From assembly GCA_964605735.1 (NCBI GenBank), contig CAZSDS010000001.1, positions 134,771 through 198,770 on the forward strand: 64,000 bases of DNA, given 5' to 3'. The notes below the pieces were generated by a model, which was given only the letters and a program-made list of their open reading frames with translations, was not told where the DNA came from and did no database searches. This stretch comes from an uncultured Candidatus Saccharibacteria bacterium (lineage in GTDB: Bacteria > Patescibacteriota > Doudnabacteria > UBA920 > O2-02-FULL-48-8). Shown here in pieces: positions 8,383 through 17,408 of the stretch; the stretch's first letter is position 1, and each line of letters opens with the position of its first letter. Made by a program: the position numbers and the translations under genes.

Positions 8383-8984
8383 TGACAGCAGAAAAGAAGA
8401 CCACAGCTAAGACCGCCAAAAGCGCTTCCGCAAAGACAGCTGCCAAAAAGCCAGCGGCAAAGAAGGCTGCTGCGCCTCGCGCAAAGAAAACCGAGAAGCA
8501 TGAGAAGGCTGATAAGCCGGTTAAGACATCAGCTCCGGAAATCACTGCTGCTGAGCCGGTAGCTCAGCCAGCCGCATTCGTTGCAAAGGATATTGGCAAC
8601 AACAAATTCTACGCGGTAGGCAAGCGAAAGACGGCAGTTGCCCAGGTGATCATCACTGGTGGCGCTGGAGAAGTGACAGTGAACGAATTGGCAATGGATA
8701 AATACTTTGGCACCAAAGATTTGCAGGGTATTGTCGTTCAGCCGTTGAGCGCCGTTGGTTTGGACAAGACTTTGAAGATCCGCGGCAAGGTTCAGGGTGG
8801 AGGAATTCACGCCCAGTCTGAAGCCATGCGCCACGCGATTACCCGCGCCATTGTAGCAATGGATCCGGATGCACGCAGAACTTTGAAGAAGCTTGGATTT
8901 TTGACCCGAGACCCTAGAGTCAAGGAAAGAAAGAAGCCAGGTTTGCGCAGAGCACGAAGAGCTCCTCAGTTCAGCAAGCGCTAA
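8382..8984 (+). CDS. rpsI: 30S ribosomal protein S9 with a Lys/Ala-rich N-terminal extension of about 70 aa
   Basis: C-terminal ...GGGIHAQSEAMRHAITRAI...GLRRARRAPQFSKR is the S9 signature; the N-terminus TAKTAKSASAKTAAKKPAAKKAAAPRAKK is low-complexity. Confidence 0.95.
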   Translation: MTAEKKTTAKTAKSASAKTAAKKPAAKKAAAPRAKKTEKHEKADKPVKTSAPEITAAEPVAQPAAFVAKDIGNNKFYAVGKRKTAVAQVIITGGAGEVTVNELAMDKYFGTKDLQGIVVQPLSAVGLDKTLKIRGKVQGGGIHAQSEAMRHAITRAIVAMDPDARRTLKKLGFLTRDPRVKERKKPGLRRARRAPQFSKR

Positions 8985-9002
8985 ACATTTCATAAGAAAT
9001 TT

Positions 9003-9030
9003 CAAAAACCTCCTTTACGGGAGGTTTTTT
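9003..9030 (+). terminator. intrinsic terminator of the ribosomal-protein operon
   Basis: aaaaacctcctttacgggaggtttttt: a GC stem followed by a T-run. Confidence 0.7.
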
Positions 9031-9231
9031 GATTGCCCAAAGTGCAAGTATTGATGGAAATTTAAGCTAATTACGATTTAATTTAATCTTAATACAATCT
9101 TGACCACAATGACTTTCAAGGAAATTTTTGCTAAACAAGCTATCAACGACCATGATGAAATTCAAACATTTTTTTCAGGCAATTAGCAAGTGAAAAAGGA
9201 ACAACTGCAAAGCTGTTCCTTTTTGTACAAT

Positions 9232-9477
9232 TCACATGCCTTGTTCTCGGGCATGCTCCTTGCACTTGATTTTGCCGAGCCCATTCGTTAGAATCAGCCG
9301 GACAGTATTGTCTTTGTTCTCCTCGCTCCGCCATTCGGGGAGCAGTCGGGTAATCAGTGCAAGTTCATCATCCGAAAGCAGGAAAAGAAACCCCCGATTT
9401 ACGCATTTTTGGCCATTCCTTTCTTCCTCCTCACAACGGAAAGTGCCCCACGATTCCGCATTAAAAAGCTCAGGCAT
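9232..9477 (-). CDS. hypothetical small protein (81 aa)
   Basis: GGAGG lies 3 nt upstream of the ATG on the minus strand; a hairpin with flanking A/T runs (9195-9228) follows the stop. Confidence 0.3.
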   Translation of the reverse strand: MPELFNAESWGTFRCEEEERNGQKCVNRGFLFLLSDDELALITRLLPEWRSEENKDNTVRLILTNGLGKIKCKEHAREQGM

Positions 9478-9606
9478 ACACCTCCAATTTTGGCGCGGTA
9501 GTAACTCTACCTGACCGGCCGTATTTTTGCAACTCTATGAATTTAGGCATTGGTATGAATCTTCAGACCTAAATATGTGGTATAATGCAAAAAAGGGCTT
9601 AAAGTC

Positions 9607-10377
9607 ATGAAACCAAAAACAAAGCGCAAAATAAACCGCCCAAAAAAGCAAGCAAATATGTTAACCGGCTTAGGGGAAGCCACCCGCATCCCACAGGGCT
9701 ATGCAAAATCCATGCAATGGTTTGCTGAACGCATGGTTTTGGCATTTTTGCTTATCGCAACCGTTTCATTTGCCGGCGGCGCTTTGTTTGTCTTGCATTG
9801 GTCTGAGCCGATCGCGGAAAGCCACGCTTATGCCATAGTCAGCGACAAATCTCGGCTTGCACAGCAGGGGATTAAAACCTTTTCCCAGCAGGTTATTGAC
9901 GTTGCTTCACCCTTGTTCGGTGACTTGATCAAGCAAACCAGGGATCAGCGTGATTTGGTGGCGGAACAATTTGCCTACCGCAAAGAAAAATTGAAAGCTT
10001 ATTTGCTTAGCAAAAATTCTCCTTTTGCTGAGGATGAAGGAGCGATAGAAGCATTCGCAAAATCAAAAAACATGAAACTGATGGTGGCTATATCATTTGT
10101 GGAAAGCACCTTTGGCAAGCACTGCTATTATTTCAACTGCAGTGGTATTGGAGGCACGCCGCCAACTCTGAGAAAATATGACAGCTATTCTGAATGGATT
10201 CAGGACTTTGATACCTTGCTTGAGAATCGCTACAAAGATCTTCCTCCGGAAAAATTCATTGGGCTTTATGTTCAGCCGGGCAGTGCAAACTGGCTTTATG
10301 GCGTAAAACAAGTCATCAGGGAGTTTGAAGAACAGGATATTGAGGGCGTTAAAATACTGCAGGAGCAAAAAGCATAA
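9607..10377 (+). CDS. membrane-anchored glucosaminidase-domain protein (FlgJ/mannosyl-glycoprotein endo-beta-N-acetylglucosaminidase-like peptidoglycan hydrolase)
   Basis: N-terminal TM helix; AISFVESTFGKHCYYFNCSGIGG resembles the glucosaminidase domain A-x-ESGWGK segment; an extended -10 sequence TGTGGTATAAT lies at about 9576-9588. Confidence 0.5.
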   Translation: MKPKTKRKINRPKKQANMLTGLGEATRIPQGYAKSMQWFAERMVLAFLLIATVSFAGGALFVLHWSEPIAESHAYAIVSDKSRLAQQGIKTFSQQVIDVASPLFGDLIKQTRDQRDLVAEQFAYRKEKLKAYLLSKNSPFAEDEGAIEAFAKSKNMKLMVAISFVESTFGKHCYYFNCSGIGGTPPTLRKYDSYSEWIQDFDTLLENRYKDLPPEKFIGLYVQPGSANWLYGVKQVIREFEEQDIEGVKILQEQKA

Positions 10378-10592
10378 ATTCTGTGATATTGTTGCCGTTA
10401 AAATCCCTGAGAAATCATGGGATTTTTTATTATGAACAACCCTTAGACCTCTTGCCCAAGCCTGGTTAACGATAAAGCAATCTTCACTTGTATTATTTTG
10501 CAATTTTCCATAGGAAAATTTTACGGTTTAATTATAGTGTCATTAATCACTGCAAACGGAGTTTCGGTTCCGTTCCGCAGTAAAGGACTATT

Positions 10593-10706
10593 ATGGCAAC
10601 TGAAGACCGCGGGTTTGCCTCAATGGACCCGGAAAAACAAAAAGAGATCGCTAGCAAGGGCGGGAAGGCCTCGCATGGCGGACGCAACAGTTCTTCAAAC
10701 CGTTAA
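10593..10706 (+). CDS. KGG-repeat general-stress protein (37 aa)
   Basis: MATEDRGFASMDPEKQKEIASKGGKASHGG matches the KGG stress-protein repeat (YciG/GsiB-like); SD aaagga lies upstream. The overlapping listed ORF 10498..10791 is in another frame and is probably spurious. Confidence 0.55.
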   Translation: MATEDRGFASMDPEKQKEIASKGGKASHGGRNSSSNR

Positions 10707-10939
10707 TAAAAAATCAGGAAGCGGCCCTCAAAAAGCCGCTTTCTTTACGCCCGCCGTATATGCTCCATTTATGAACACAAATGGGACGTAACAACCAGCA
10801 TACTGAATTATGTAAATGGTTTTTTGTTGTTTTGCAGTATTACAGTAAAGGAAATTTTGGTGTTAAATTAGGAGCGTTGGGCATTAATCCCGCCAATATT
10901 CGCAAAGATATTCGGCGTTGTAGGGAGGAGGTGAATAAT

Positions 10940-11035
10940 ATGGCAGACACAACAACCGACCGCGACATGAACACCGAAGCTGACGAATCTCAGCAGCGAC
11001 GCAGCCGTTTGGATGAGGATGATTCAACTTTTTAG
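10940..11035 (+). CDS. small acidic peptide (31 aa), SD-led
   Basis: GGGAGGAGGTG lies 7 nt upstream of the ATG; translation MADTTTDRDMNTEADESQQRRSRLDEDDSTF; a terminator-like hairpin is at about 11076-11110. Confidence 0.25.
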   Translation: MADTTTDRDMNTEADESQQRRSRLDEDDSTF

Positions 11036-11283
11036 CGGTGAATAACCGGGCAACTTACGGCACTTGCAAAACGTAAGCAAAACAGGTATCCTTTTGGGGT
11101 CCTGTTTTGTTTTACTGCCGCTTGAGGCAGGCTGGAGGTTATGAACAAAATATGTAGGTTCGCCCAAATTGCCTGTAAAAACCGCTGTGGGTGGTTAATT
11201 TAATTGCCATATACTGTAAACCATTATTATGAGGTTTAATATAAGGGTAATAATTAATTACAAACAGGGGGAGGTGAAAAATA

Positions 11284-11349
11284 ATGGCACAGAATGATGA
11301 CAGGAAGCAAACTGGCAGCGGCGACGACTCAGGTTCACGAAACAGATAA
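11284..11349 (+). CDS. small hydrophilic peptide (21 aa), SD-led
   Basis: GGGGGAGGTGA lies 6 nt upstream of the ATG; translation MAQNDDRKQTGSGDDSGSRNR. Confidence 0.2.
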   Translation: MAQNDDRKQTGSGDDSGSRNR

Positions 11350-11473
11350 TCAGCAAGCGTTTGAGAGTTTTGTTTTTTAAGAGGGACAAGACAAAACACT
11401 TTCACCAGAAGGTGTTTTGTTCAATTCCTGTTGAAATATAATTAAAATACTGTTTGGCAAAAAGGAAAAATCT

Positions 11474-11887
11474 ATGGCAAAAAAACTTTTTGCAGTTGTA
11501 CTCGGCTTTGCATTTGCTCCGGCCTTTATAGCTGCTGATCACGATACGGGTCTGATGGGCGCGTTTGGAAATCAATTGGTGGGAGAGCCTTGTGCTGTGC
11601 GGGTTTATCATGTCAATTTCAGGTTCCCGCCTGAGGGTGGAAAGATTGTCCAATACGGAAATGAGTTGTTCTTCATTCGCGACTACATGGCTGGATGCGA
11701 AAACGCTGGCTCAAACGCTAAGCTTCTGGTCTCAAGTCCGAACGGCAGGAATCCTTTGAACATTGACGAGCGCCAGCCGTATGTTAACCCTATGTTCACA
11801 TCCGTTCCTGGTTCGCAGTCAGGACACCAAGCACCGCCTGCGCATACACAACAGCCAGCAGGCTCTACAACCCCCAACTGCTATTAA
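11474..11887 (+). CDS. secreted hypothetical protein (signal peptide)
   Basis: MAKKLFAVVLGFAFAPAFIAADH is a signal-peptide-like N-terminus; a terminator hairpin aaccccgctgggcctaagcggggtt follows at 11896-11935. Confidence 0.5.
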   Translation: MAKKLFAVVLGFAFAPAFIAADHDTGLMGAFGNQLVGEPCAVRVYHVNFRFPPEGGKIVQYGNELFFIRDYMAGCENAGSNAKLLVSSPNGRNPLNIDERQPYVNPMFTSVPGSQSGHQAPPAHTQQPAGSTTPNCY

Positions 11888-11976
11888 TAGTTTGTCAAAA
11901 ACCCCGCTGGGCCTAAGCGGGGTTTACAATTTTTTTATAGTGTTGTACAATTGGGCTGAACTAAAAGGCAATCAAT

Positions 11977-12318
11977 TTGAAATCAAAAACACTGCCGAAC
12001 GCTAAAAATTTGCAGCGTGAGGTCATAACAAAAGCAGGTGAAACTAAGCACCTTATAATGGGGTACTTGTTTTTGGCTATTGTCTTTATGGGTGCAGTGA
12101 GCTCTGTTTATTATTGGGAAAACAAGACGAAATATTCCAGTGCAGCGGCAACACAGGTCGGAGAAAGACAGGTTGAATCAGGAGAGCAAGTGCCTGCTGC
12201 CGTTCAGGGGCAAACCTGCAAACTGGAAGTGGTGACTGCCCAGCACAAAAAGACAGGGGAGTTAAGGGATTTTCCTAGTCCTTGTCACATTAATGAATAT
12301 TGGGAAAAAGTAAATTAA
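11977..12318 (+). CDS. hypothetical small membrane protein
   Basis: TM segment YLFLAIVFMGAVSSVYY; a bidirectional terminator at 12319-12345 is shared with typA. Confidence 0.4.
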   Translation: MKSKTLPNAKNLQREVITKAGETKHLIMGYLFLAIVFMGAVSSVYYWENKTKYSSAAATQVGERQVESGEQVPAAVQGQTCKLEVVTAQHKKTGELRDFPSPCHINEYWEKVN

Positions 12319-12345
12319 AACAGCTCACGGAGGAGCTGTTTTTTG

Positions 12346-14175
12346 TTAAGCCTGCTGTTGTTCTTTTGAGCGTTCGCGTTTGCGTTTGGTTGGATCCAAA
12401 ATTTTCTTGCGCAGTCTTAAGCTGACAGGTGTAACTTCAAGAAGTTCGTCAGGAGCCAGGTACTCCAATGACTCTTCCAGGCTCATGACTTTTGGCGGGG
12501 TAAGAATAATGGCGTCATCAGAACCGGAAGCTCGCATATTGGTCAGTTTTTTAGTTTTGTTGACGTTGACTTCAATATCTTCTGCCTTGGCATTTTCCCC
12601 GATAATCATACCCATATAAACTTCTGTGGCTGGGCCAATAAACAAGGTGCCGCGCTCCTGCGCGTTGTTCAGACCATAGGCATTTGATACTCCTGATTCA
12701 GTGGCAATCAGGGAGCCATGCGGCAGGTTGATTTCGCCTGATGCGGTCACCGGTTTATACGAGTCAAATACATGGTTTATGATGACCGTGCCTTTTGTCT
12801 GCGTAAGAAGTTTGCTCTTTAAGCCGATTACGCCCCTTGTAGACATCAGGTATTCAAGGTGCACTTCGCCGTGGTCAGTGTGGTTCATACCCATAAGGTC
12901 GCCTTTGCGGCGCCCGACTTCCTCAATAACAGCGCCCTGAAAATCACCAGGAACAATAATGGAAACGCGCTCATAAGGCTCCATCCTTTGTCCGTCAATT
13001 TCCTTGAAAATAACCTCCGGTTGGGAAACCTGCAATTCGTAGCCTTCGCGGCGCATTGTTTCAATCAAAACCGCCAAGTGAAGCTCGCCGCGTCCTGCCA
13101 CCAGGAAAGTATCCGGACTTGCAGTGTCGGTAACTTTTAAGGCAACATTGGTTTCAAGTTCCTTATACAGGCGATCTCGCAGATTTCGAGATGTGACGAA
13201 TTTTCCTTCCCGTCCAGCAAATGGGGAATTGTTCACAGAAAAAGTCATTTGGACAGTTGGTTCATCAATGCTGACCGGCGGGATTTGTTTTGGATTGGTT
13301 GGGTCAGTAATGGTGGAACCGATTGTGATGCCTTCCAGTCCGGCAATGGAAACGATTTCGCCGGCTGAAGCTTCCTCAACTGACTGTTTCTGCAAACCCT
13401 GGAACACGGAAATGTCTATGGCTCGGCCTTGGAACTTGTCGCCCGTGGGCGCGATTTGCATGATTGCCTGGTTCTTCTTGATCTTGCCTGAGTAAATTTT
13501 TCCGATTCCCATTTTGCCTTTGTATGAATCATAGCCCAAGGCAAGGACCAGGATTTGCAGTGGATCAGTCTCTGAGATTTCAGGCGCCGGAATTTTTTCC
13601 AAGATGGTTTCAAATAACGGGACAAGGTCAGTGCCTGGCTGTGCAGTATCCAAAGTGGCTTTTCCTGAAATGGCAGAAGCATAGACAATAGGGAAGTCGA
13701 GCTGTTCATCATTTGCATTCAAACTGACGAACAAGTCAAAAGTTTTGTTCACAACCTCATCAATTTGTGCATCAGGTCTGTCAATTTTATTGATGACGAC
13801 AATCGCCTTATGGCCAAGCTCTAAAGCCTTTTTCAAAACGAATTTGGTTTGCGGCATAGGGCCTTCTTTGGCATCAACCAGCAGAAGCACGCCGTCAACC
13901 ATTTTCAGCGTGCGTTCCACTTCACCTCCAAAGTCAGCGTGGCCTGGCGTGTCGACAATATTTATCTTCACGTCTTTATAAACGACTGACGCGTTTTTGG
14001 CTTTGATGGTAATGCCGCGTTCACGTTCAAGATCCATGGAATCCATGATGCGTTCTCCAAGCTCTTCCAGGTTTCGCTGGACGTGAGTTTGCCTAAGCAG
14101 GGCATCCACTAACGTGGTTTTGCCGTGGTCAACGTGGGCAATAATGGCTATATTTCTGATGTCTTCTCTTTTCAT
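12346..14175 (-). CDS. typA: translational GTPase TypA/BipA
   Basis: IAIIAHVDHGKTTLVD G1 motif, DTPGHADF, NKIDR; 609 aa; an EF-G-like domain arrangement without domain IV. Confidence 0.95.
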   Translation of the reverse strand: MKREDIRNIAIIAHVDHGKTTLVDALLRQTHVQRNLEELGERIMDSMDLERERGITIKAKNASVVYKDVKINIVDTPGHADFGGEVERTLKMVDGVLLLVDAKEGPMPQTKFVLKKALELGHKAIVVINKIDRPDAQIDEVVNKTFDLFVSLNANDEQLDFPIVYASAISGKATLDTAQPGTDLVPLFETILEKIPAPEISETDPLQILVLALGYDSYKGKMGIGKIYSGKIKKNQAIMQIAPTGDKFQGRAIDISVFQGLQKQSVEEASAGEIVSIAGLEGITIGSTITDPTNPKQIPPVSIDEPTVQMTFSVNNSPFAGREGKFVTSRNLRDRLYKELETNVALKVTDTASPDTFLVAGRGELHLAVLIETMRREGYELQVSQPEVIFKEIDGQRMEPYERVSIIVPGDFQGAVIEEVGRRKGDLMGMNHTDHGEVHLEYLMSTRGVIGLKSKLLTQTKGTVIINHVFDSYKPVTASGEINLPHGSLIATESGVSNAYGLNNAQERGTLFIGPATEVYMGMIIGENAKAEDIEVNVNKTKKLTNMRASGSDDAIILTPPKVMSLEESLEYLAPDELLEVTPVSLRLRKKILDPTKRKRERSKEQQQA

Positions 14176-14332
14176 AAGTTATTTCTACCGGAAGTGCCGG
14201 TCTTTACACCGGAGCTTTCACAAAAAAATCGCCGGCGCTGTTTAATTGGCGATAGACGAATAATAGCATAGATAAGGGATTTTTTCAAGGCCTGCTATAG
14301 TTAAATCTTAAAAGTGTTATAATTAAGGGACT

Positions 14333-14560
14333 ATGAACCCAGACAGACTAAAAGACCTGAAACAGGGCAAGATTTGCGAACTTTGCATGAAGCACGATCC
14401 GCTGGTTAAGGATTATGCGGATGATTTTGAATTGCAGACTGCTCTCCGTGATTATGTGGAGAAAGAAACAGGGGAAACCATCAATGTCCAGGATATTGCC
14501 AGGCTTTGCGATTCCTGTTACTTCAGGGTGAAAGACATGAGCAAAACCAAGGATTACTAA
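14333..14560 (+). CDS. small zinc-ribbon-like protein (CxxC...CxxC)
   Basis: CELC...CDSC pairs; SD aaggga; an extended -10 sequence TGTTATAAT at 14311-14322; terminator at 14561-14585. Confidence 0.45.
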   Translation: MNPDRLKDLKQGKICELCMKHDPLVKDYADDFELQTALRDYVEKETGETINVQDIARLCDSCYFRVKDMSKTKDY

Positions 14561-14638
14561 AACCGCGGCAAGCGGTTTTTTTGCAAAGAAAAAAGCCCCC
14601 AGGATCTGCGCCAGGGGCTGAAAGTTTGGACAAGAAGG

Positions 14639-15058
14639 CTAGTGATACCTCTTGGCCTGGATATTTTCCGGGTGAATCCCGACCTCCATGTGCCTGTCCA
14701 TGATTTCAAGGAAGCCAGCCGGGAGCGGCCATCGTTTTGCGTCCCGTAGGACTCGATGGAAATTTTGAGCCTCCTCAGGCATTAGTGCCCATTCGATGTT
14801 CCACACCTCAACAGCAAAGAGAAGGTAGCCGGAGACCTGCAGATGCTCATCCGGCAAGTCACCGTTCTGGATCTGCTCGCGCAGATAACCAGATTCTAGC
14901 AGGCTTAAATCGTATCGCGTCGCCGCAACACTGAGGATGTTGCATCCATCCCGCTTGAAAGCGAACTCCGGGGTTCTTATGCCGTTAGACAAGACGAGGT
15001 GGGCATGTTTGCGGCAAGCTTTACACATGACGAGCTGTCCAGACGAAACTATACTCAT
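14639..15058 (-). CDS. hypothetical protein (GC-rich islet)
   Basis: 139-aa ORF lying downstream on the minus strand of the zinc-finger gene; GC content is clearly above the genome background. Confidence 0.45.
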   Translation of the reverse strand: MSIVSSGQLVMCKACRKHAHLVLSNGIRTPEFAFKRDGCNILSVAATRYDLSLLESGYLREQIQNGDLPDEHLQVSGYLLFAVEVWNIEWALMPEEAQNFHRVLRDAKRWPLPAGFLEIMDRHMEVGIHPENIQAKRYH

Positions 15059-15082
15059 ATCCTCCTCCGTTGGGTTTTAAGG

Positions 15083-15430
15083 TTAGTCCGGGTCCGGCAG
15101 GTTGTCGGAGTTGAGCTGGTCGACTTTTTGTTCGAGACGCTTTGGGCATTCCTGGCATCTTCGAATATGCGAGTCGAACTCGATCATTTCGTCGTCGCTC
15201 ATCCTTCCCATTGCGTGCTTCTCGATTTCATCGTCAGTGGCGCAGCGGTTACCTTCGTACGGAACACTGCTGCCGGAGTTTGCGATTCTGGCGCCTCGCT
15301 CAGCGCGCAGCAGGCGGTCCTGGCAATCTTTGCATTTCCTTGTGTGCGCGATGAGTATGACAATTTCTTCCGAAGACTCTCTTGCGGCAATCCGCCGGGC
15401 CATGTCATCCGTCATATGCTGTGATTTCAT
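15083..15430 (-). CDS. zinc-finger protein with two H-x3-C-x2-C (zf-HC2/anti-sigma-like) motifs
   Basis: GAGGAGGA lies 3 nt before the ATG (MKSQHMTDD...); motifs IAHTRKCKDCQDRL and DSHIRRCQECPKRL; the longer listed ORF (to 15496) has no SD. Confidence 0.5.
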   Translation of the reverse strand: MKSQHMTDDMARRIAARESSEEIVILIAHTRKCKDCQDRLLRAERGARIANSGSSVPYEGNRCATDDEIEKHAMGRMSDDEMIEFDSHIRRCQECPKRLEQKVDQLNSDNLPDPD

Positions 15431-15591
15431 TAATCCTCCTCTAACCTTTCTCTGCTTTGAATGTAGCATTCTGACATATTTAACTTGGATTGTCAAGATT
15501 ATTTCCCCTTAGAAAGGATTGTACAAAATAACCAATTGCTCAGGCTATGTGGAAAAAATAAACTTTAAAAAATTAGCGAAAGGAGCTAGTA

Positions 15592-15840
15592 ATGAACATT
15601 TTAGTCTGGATCGTGTTCGGGGGTCTGGCTGGCTGGGTAGCAACATTGTTAACCGGCAACAATGCACAGTTTGGGATAATCGGGAATATTGTCATTGGTA
15701 TAGTCGGTTCTTATTTGGGGGGCTGGTTGTCCTCACAAGTATTCAAAGGCCCGCCAATCGTGGGGTTCGATTTCCGAAGCTTTCTGATTGCGGTCATGGG
15801 CAGCGTTGTCCTTCTGTTCCTGCTCAACCTCTTGTTTTAA
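15592..15840 (+). CDS. GlsB/YeaQ/YmgE-family stress-response membrane protein
   Basis: Two-TM glycine-zipper sequence WIVFGGLAGWVA...IIGNIVIGIVGSYLGGWL; SD aaaggag. Confidence 0.8.
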   Translation: MNILVWIVFGGLAGWVATLLTGNNAQFGIIGNIVIGIVGSYLGGWLSSQVFKGPPIVGFDFRSFLIAVMGSVVLLFLLNLLF

Positions 15841-16017
15841 CAATTATGCTTTTTTTTTGGAGAAGCACTTAGCTCGTGGGACCTATGCCGTCAGGACATC
15901 GCAGCCCGCCTCAAGCGGACGAGACTAAGCAAAATCCCACCATAAAGGAGTATAAAAGTATGAGGGATTTATGCGGTCCTGTAAGGCAGTGGGACCACGA
16001 GCGCTAAAGGACTGTGC

Positions 16018-16045
16018 TTGACTTTTAGCCAAAAAAGAGTATAAT
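16018..16045 (+). promoter_or_regulatory. sigma70-type promoter of rnpB
   Basis: TTGACT (16018-16023), 16-nt spacer, TATAAT (16040-16045). Confidence 0.6.
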
Positions 16046-16050
16046 TTACG

Positions 16051-16434
16051 TGCCTCTTAAAGTAAGCGTGCAATCGCGTCCGCCTTTGGCGGATGAGGAA
16101 AGTCCGAACACGTGGATTGAATGAAGTCTCATGAGTTCATGCAATCATTCGTTGCGGGTAACGCCCGTCGAAAGTAATTTTAGGGATGCGAGCAGTGACG
16201 GTTAAGCAGAGATGCGAGACTATCCAGAGCCGCAAGGTAACGGATAAATCTGATGGTAACATCAGGGTGAAACGGCTAAATTCCAACGAATCAGTGCAAT
16301 ACCGAATAGGGTCCTTTACGGGCCGGGTAGGTAGCTGGAGCTAGTCAGCAATGAGTAGCCAAGAGAGATGATTGCTACACTGCAGGAATGCAGGATAGAC
16401 AGAATTCGGCTTACAGCTTGCTTTTTAAGAGGCA
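16051..16434 (+). ncRNA. rnpB: RNase P RNA (bacterial type)
   Basis: Conserved GAGGAAAGTCCGAACAC (P4/CR-I) at about 16104 and ACAGAATTCGGCTTACAG (CR-V) at about 16399; a P1 stem tgcctcttaaagtaagc / gcttgctttttaagaggca closes the molecule; a terminator hairpin follows at 16440-16470. Confidence 0.85.
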
Positions 16435-16528
16435 AATAAAAGGCGACATCATAAGATGCCGTTTTTTATTTCTCATTTTCTTTGTAAAATAAAAAAGGCC
16501 AGGCGAAATGCCTGACCTCACGAAAAAT

Positions 16529-16843
16529 TTACTCGGTGACGAGACCGTTCCAGTTCCTGCAGAGCTGCTGTTTGACGTTGGCGAGATCCTCCGAACTCCC
16601 GCGAAGCTTGATGATGATCTCCTGGATCTGGTTGCTGGCGCGAATGAACACCTTCAGCGTGTTGTTGGAGAAGTTCTGGAGACTGAGCCTCTGCCGTCTG
16701 CTGCACTTGACCGGAGTCGCCGGACGAATGGTGATTTTGGCAACAGCAGGGTGCCCGTCGATGTAAGCCAACTGTCTTTTTGCAGCGTCGATTGGACGAC
16801 GTTTGTTGCTCAGCCTTTTCCTGAACTGGTCCCGATTGGCCAT
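16529..16843 (-). CDS. hypothetical basic protein (104 aa), GC-rich
   Basis: GAGGAGGAG lies 5 nt upstream of the ATG on the minus strand; a terminator hairpin ggccaggcgaaatgcctgacc lies after the stop; the overlapping plus-strand ORF 16508..16903 lacks an SD and was rejected. Confidence 0.5.
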   Translation of the reverse strand: MANRDQFRKRLSNKRRPIDAAKRQLAYIDGHPAVAKITIRPATPVKCSRRQRLSLQNFSNNTLKVFIRASNQIQEIIIKLRGSSEDLANVKQQLCRNWNGLVTE

Positions 16844-17066
16844 CAGTACTCCTCCTCACAAAAACGAACGATAAAGCATTATGGCATGAAAATGCTTATT
16901 TAGTCAAGAACACCTTGACTTTAGCTTTGATAGCTGATATACTGCTCACGTTTCCCAAGTCCCCACAGGAAGGGACTTACAGTCGAAGGGAAGTTTAGTA
17001 CATTTAAGTAACAAAGGTTCAATTTTTAACGTTCGTTAGTAAATTTCCCTTTGTTTGAAGGTTCCA

Positions 17067-17345
17067 ATGAACAAGAAATTGTTTGTCGGTGGCTTGCCTT
17101 ACGCAACCACAGACGAGGAGCTTAAGAGCCACTTTGCGCAAGCTGGTAACGTGTTGTCCGCACAAATCGTGATGGATCGCATGACCGGCCGCTCAAAGGG
17201 ATTCGGTTTCGTAGAAATGGAAACTGATGAAGAAGCTCAAAAAGCTATCGAAATGTTCAATGGTACTGATTTCGGCGGCCGCTCACTCGCGGTTAACGAA
17301 GCCAGACCAAAGACTGACCGCCCTCGCGGTGACTTCCGAAACTAG
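17067..17345 (+). CDS. RRM-type RNA-binding protein
   Basis: RNP2 KLFVGGL and RNP1 KGFGFVEM motifs; promoter TTGACT-17-TATACT at about 16914-16942; terminator gccgcccttaaccgggcggtttttt at 17355-17385. Confidence 0.9.
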   Translation: MNKKLFVGGLPYATTDEELKSHFAQAGNVLSAQIVMDRMTGRSKGFGFVEMETDEEAQKAIEMFNGTDFGGRSLAVNEARPKTDRPRGDFRN

Positions 17346-17408
17346 TCTCAAATAAAAGCCGCCCTTAACCGGGCGGTTTTTTGTTTGATAAAAAACCCGA
17401 CAGATTAA

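Noticed and set aside
10498-10791. Listed 97-aa ORF overlapping the KGG mini-gene
   Set aside because: It is in a different frame from the SD-led, motif-bearing 37-aa KGG ORF, has no SD and no recognisable motif, and is likely a spurious long frame.
12380-13981. Multiple plus-strand ORFs (79-123 aa) inside typA
   Set aside because: They are antisense to a highly conserved, full-length TypA/BipA gene; no SDs; typical shadow ORFs.
16508-16903. Plus-strand 131-aa ORF overlapping the minus-strand 104-aa gene
   Set aside because: The minus-strand ORF has a perfect GAGGAGGAG SD and a downstream terminator; the plus-strand frame has neither. In GC-rich sequence the antisense frame is commonly open.
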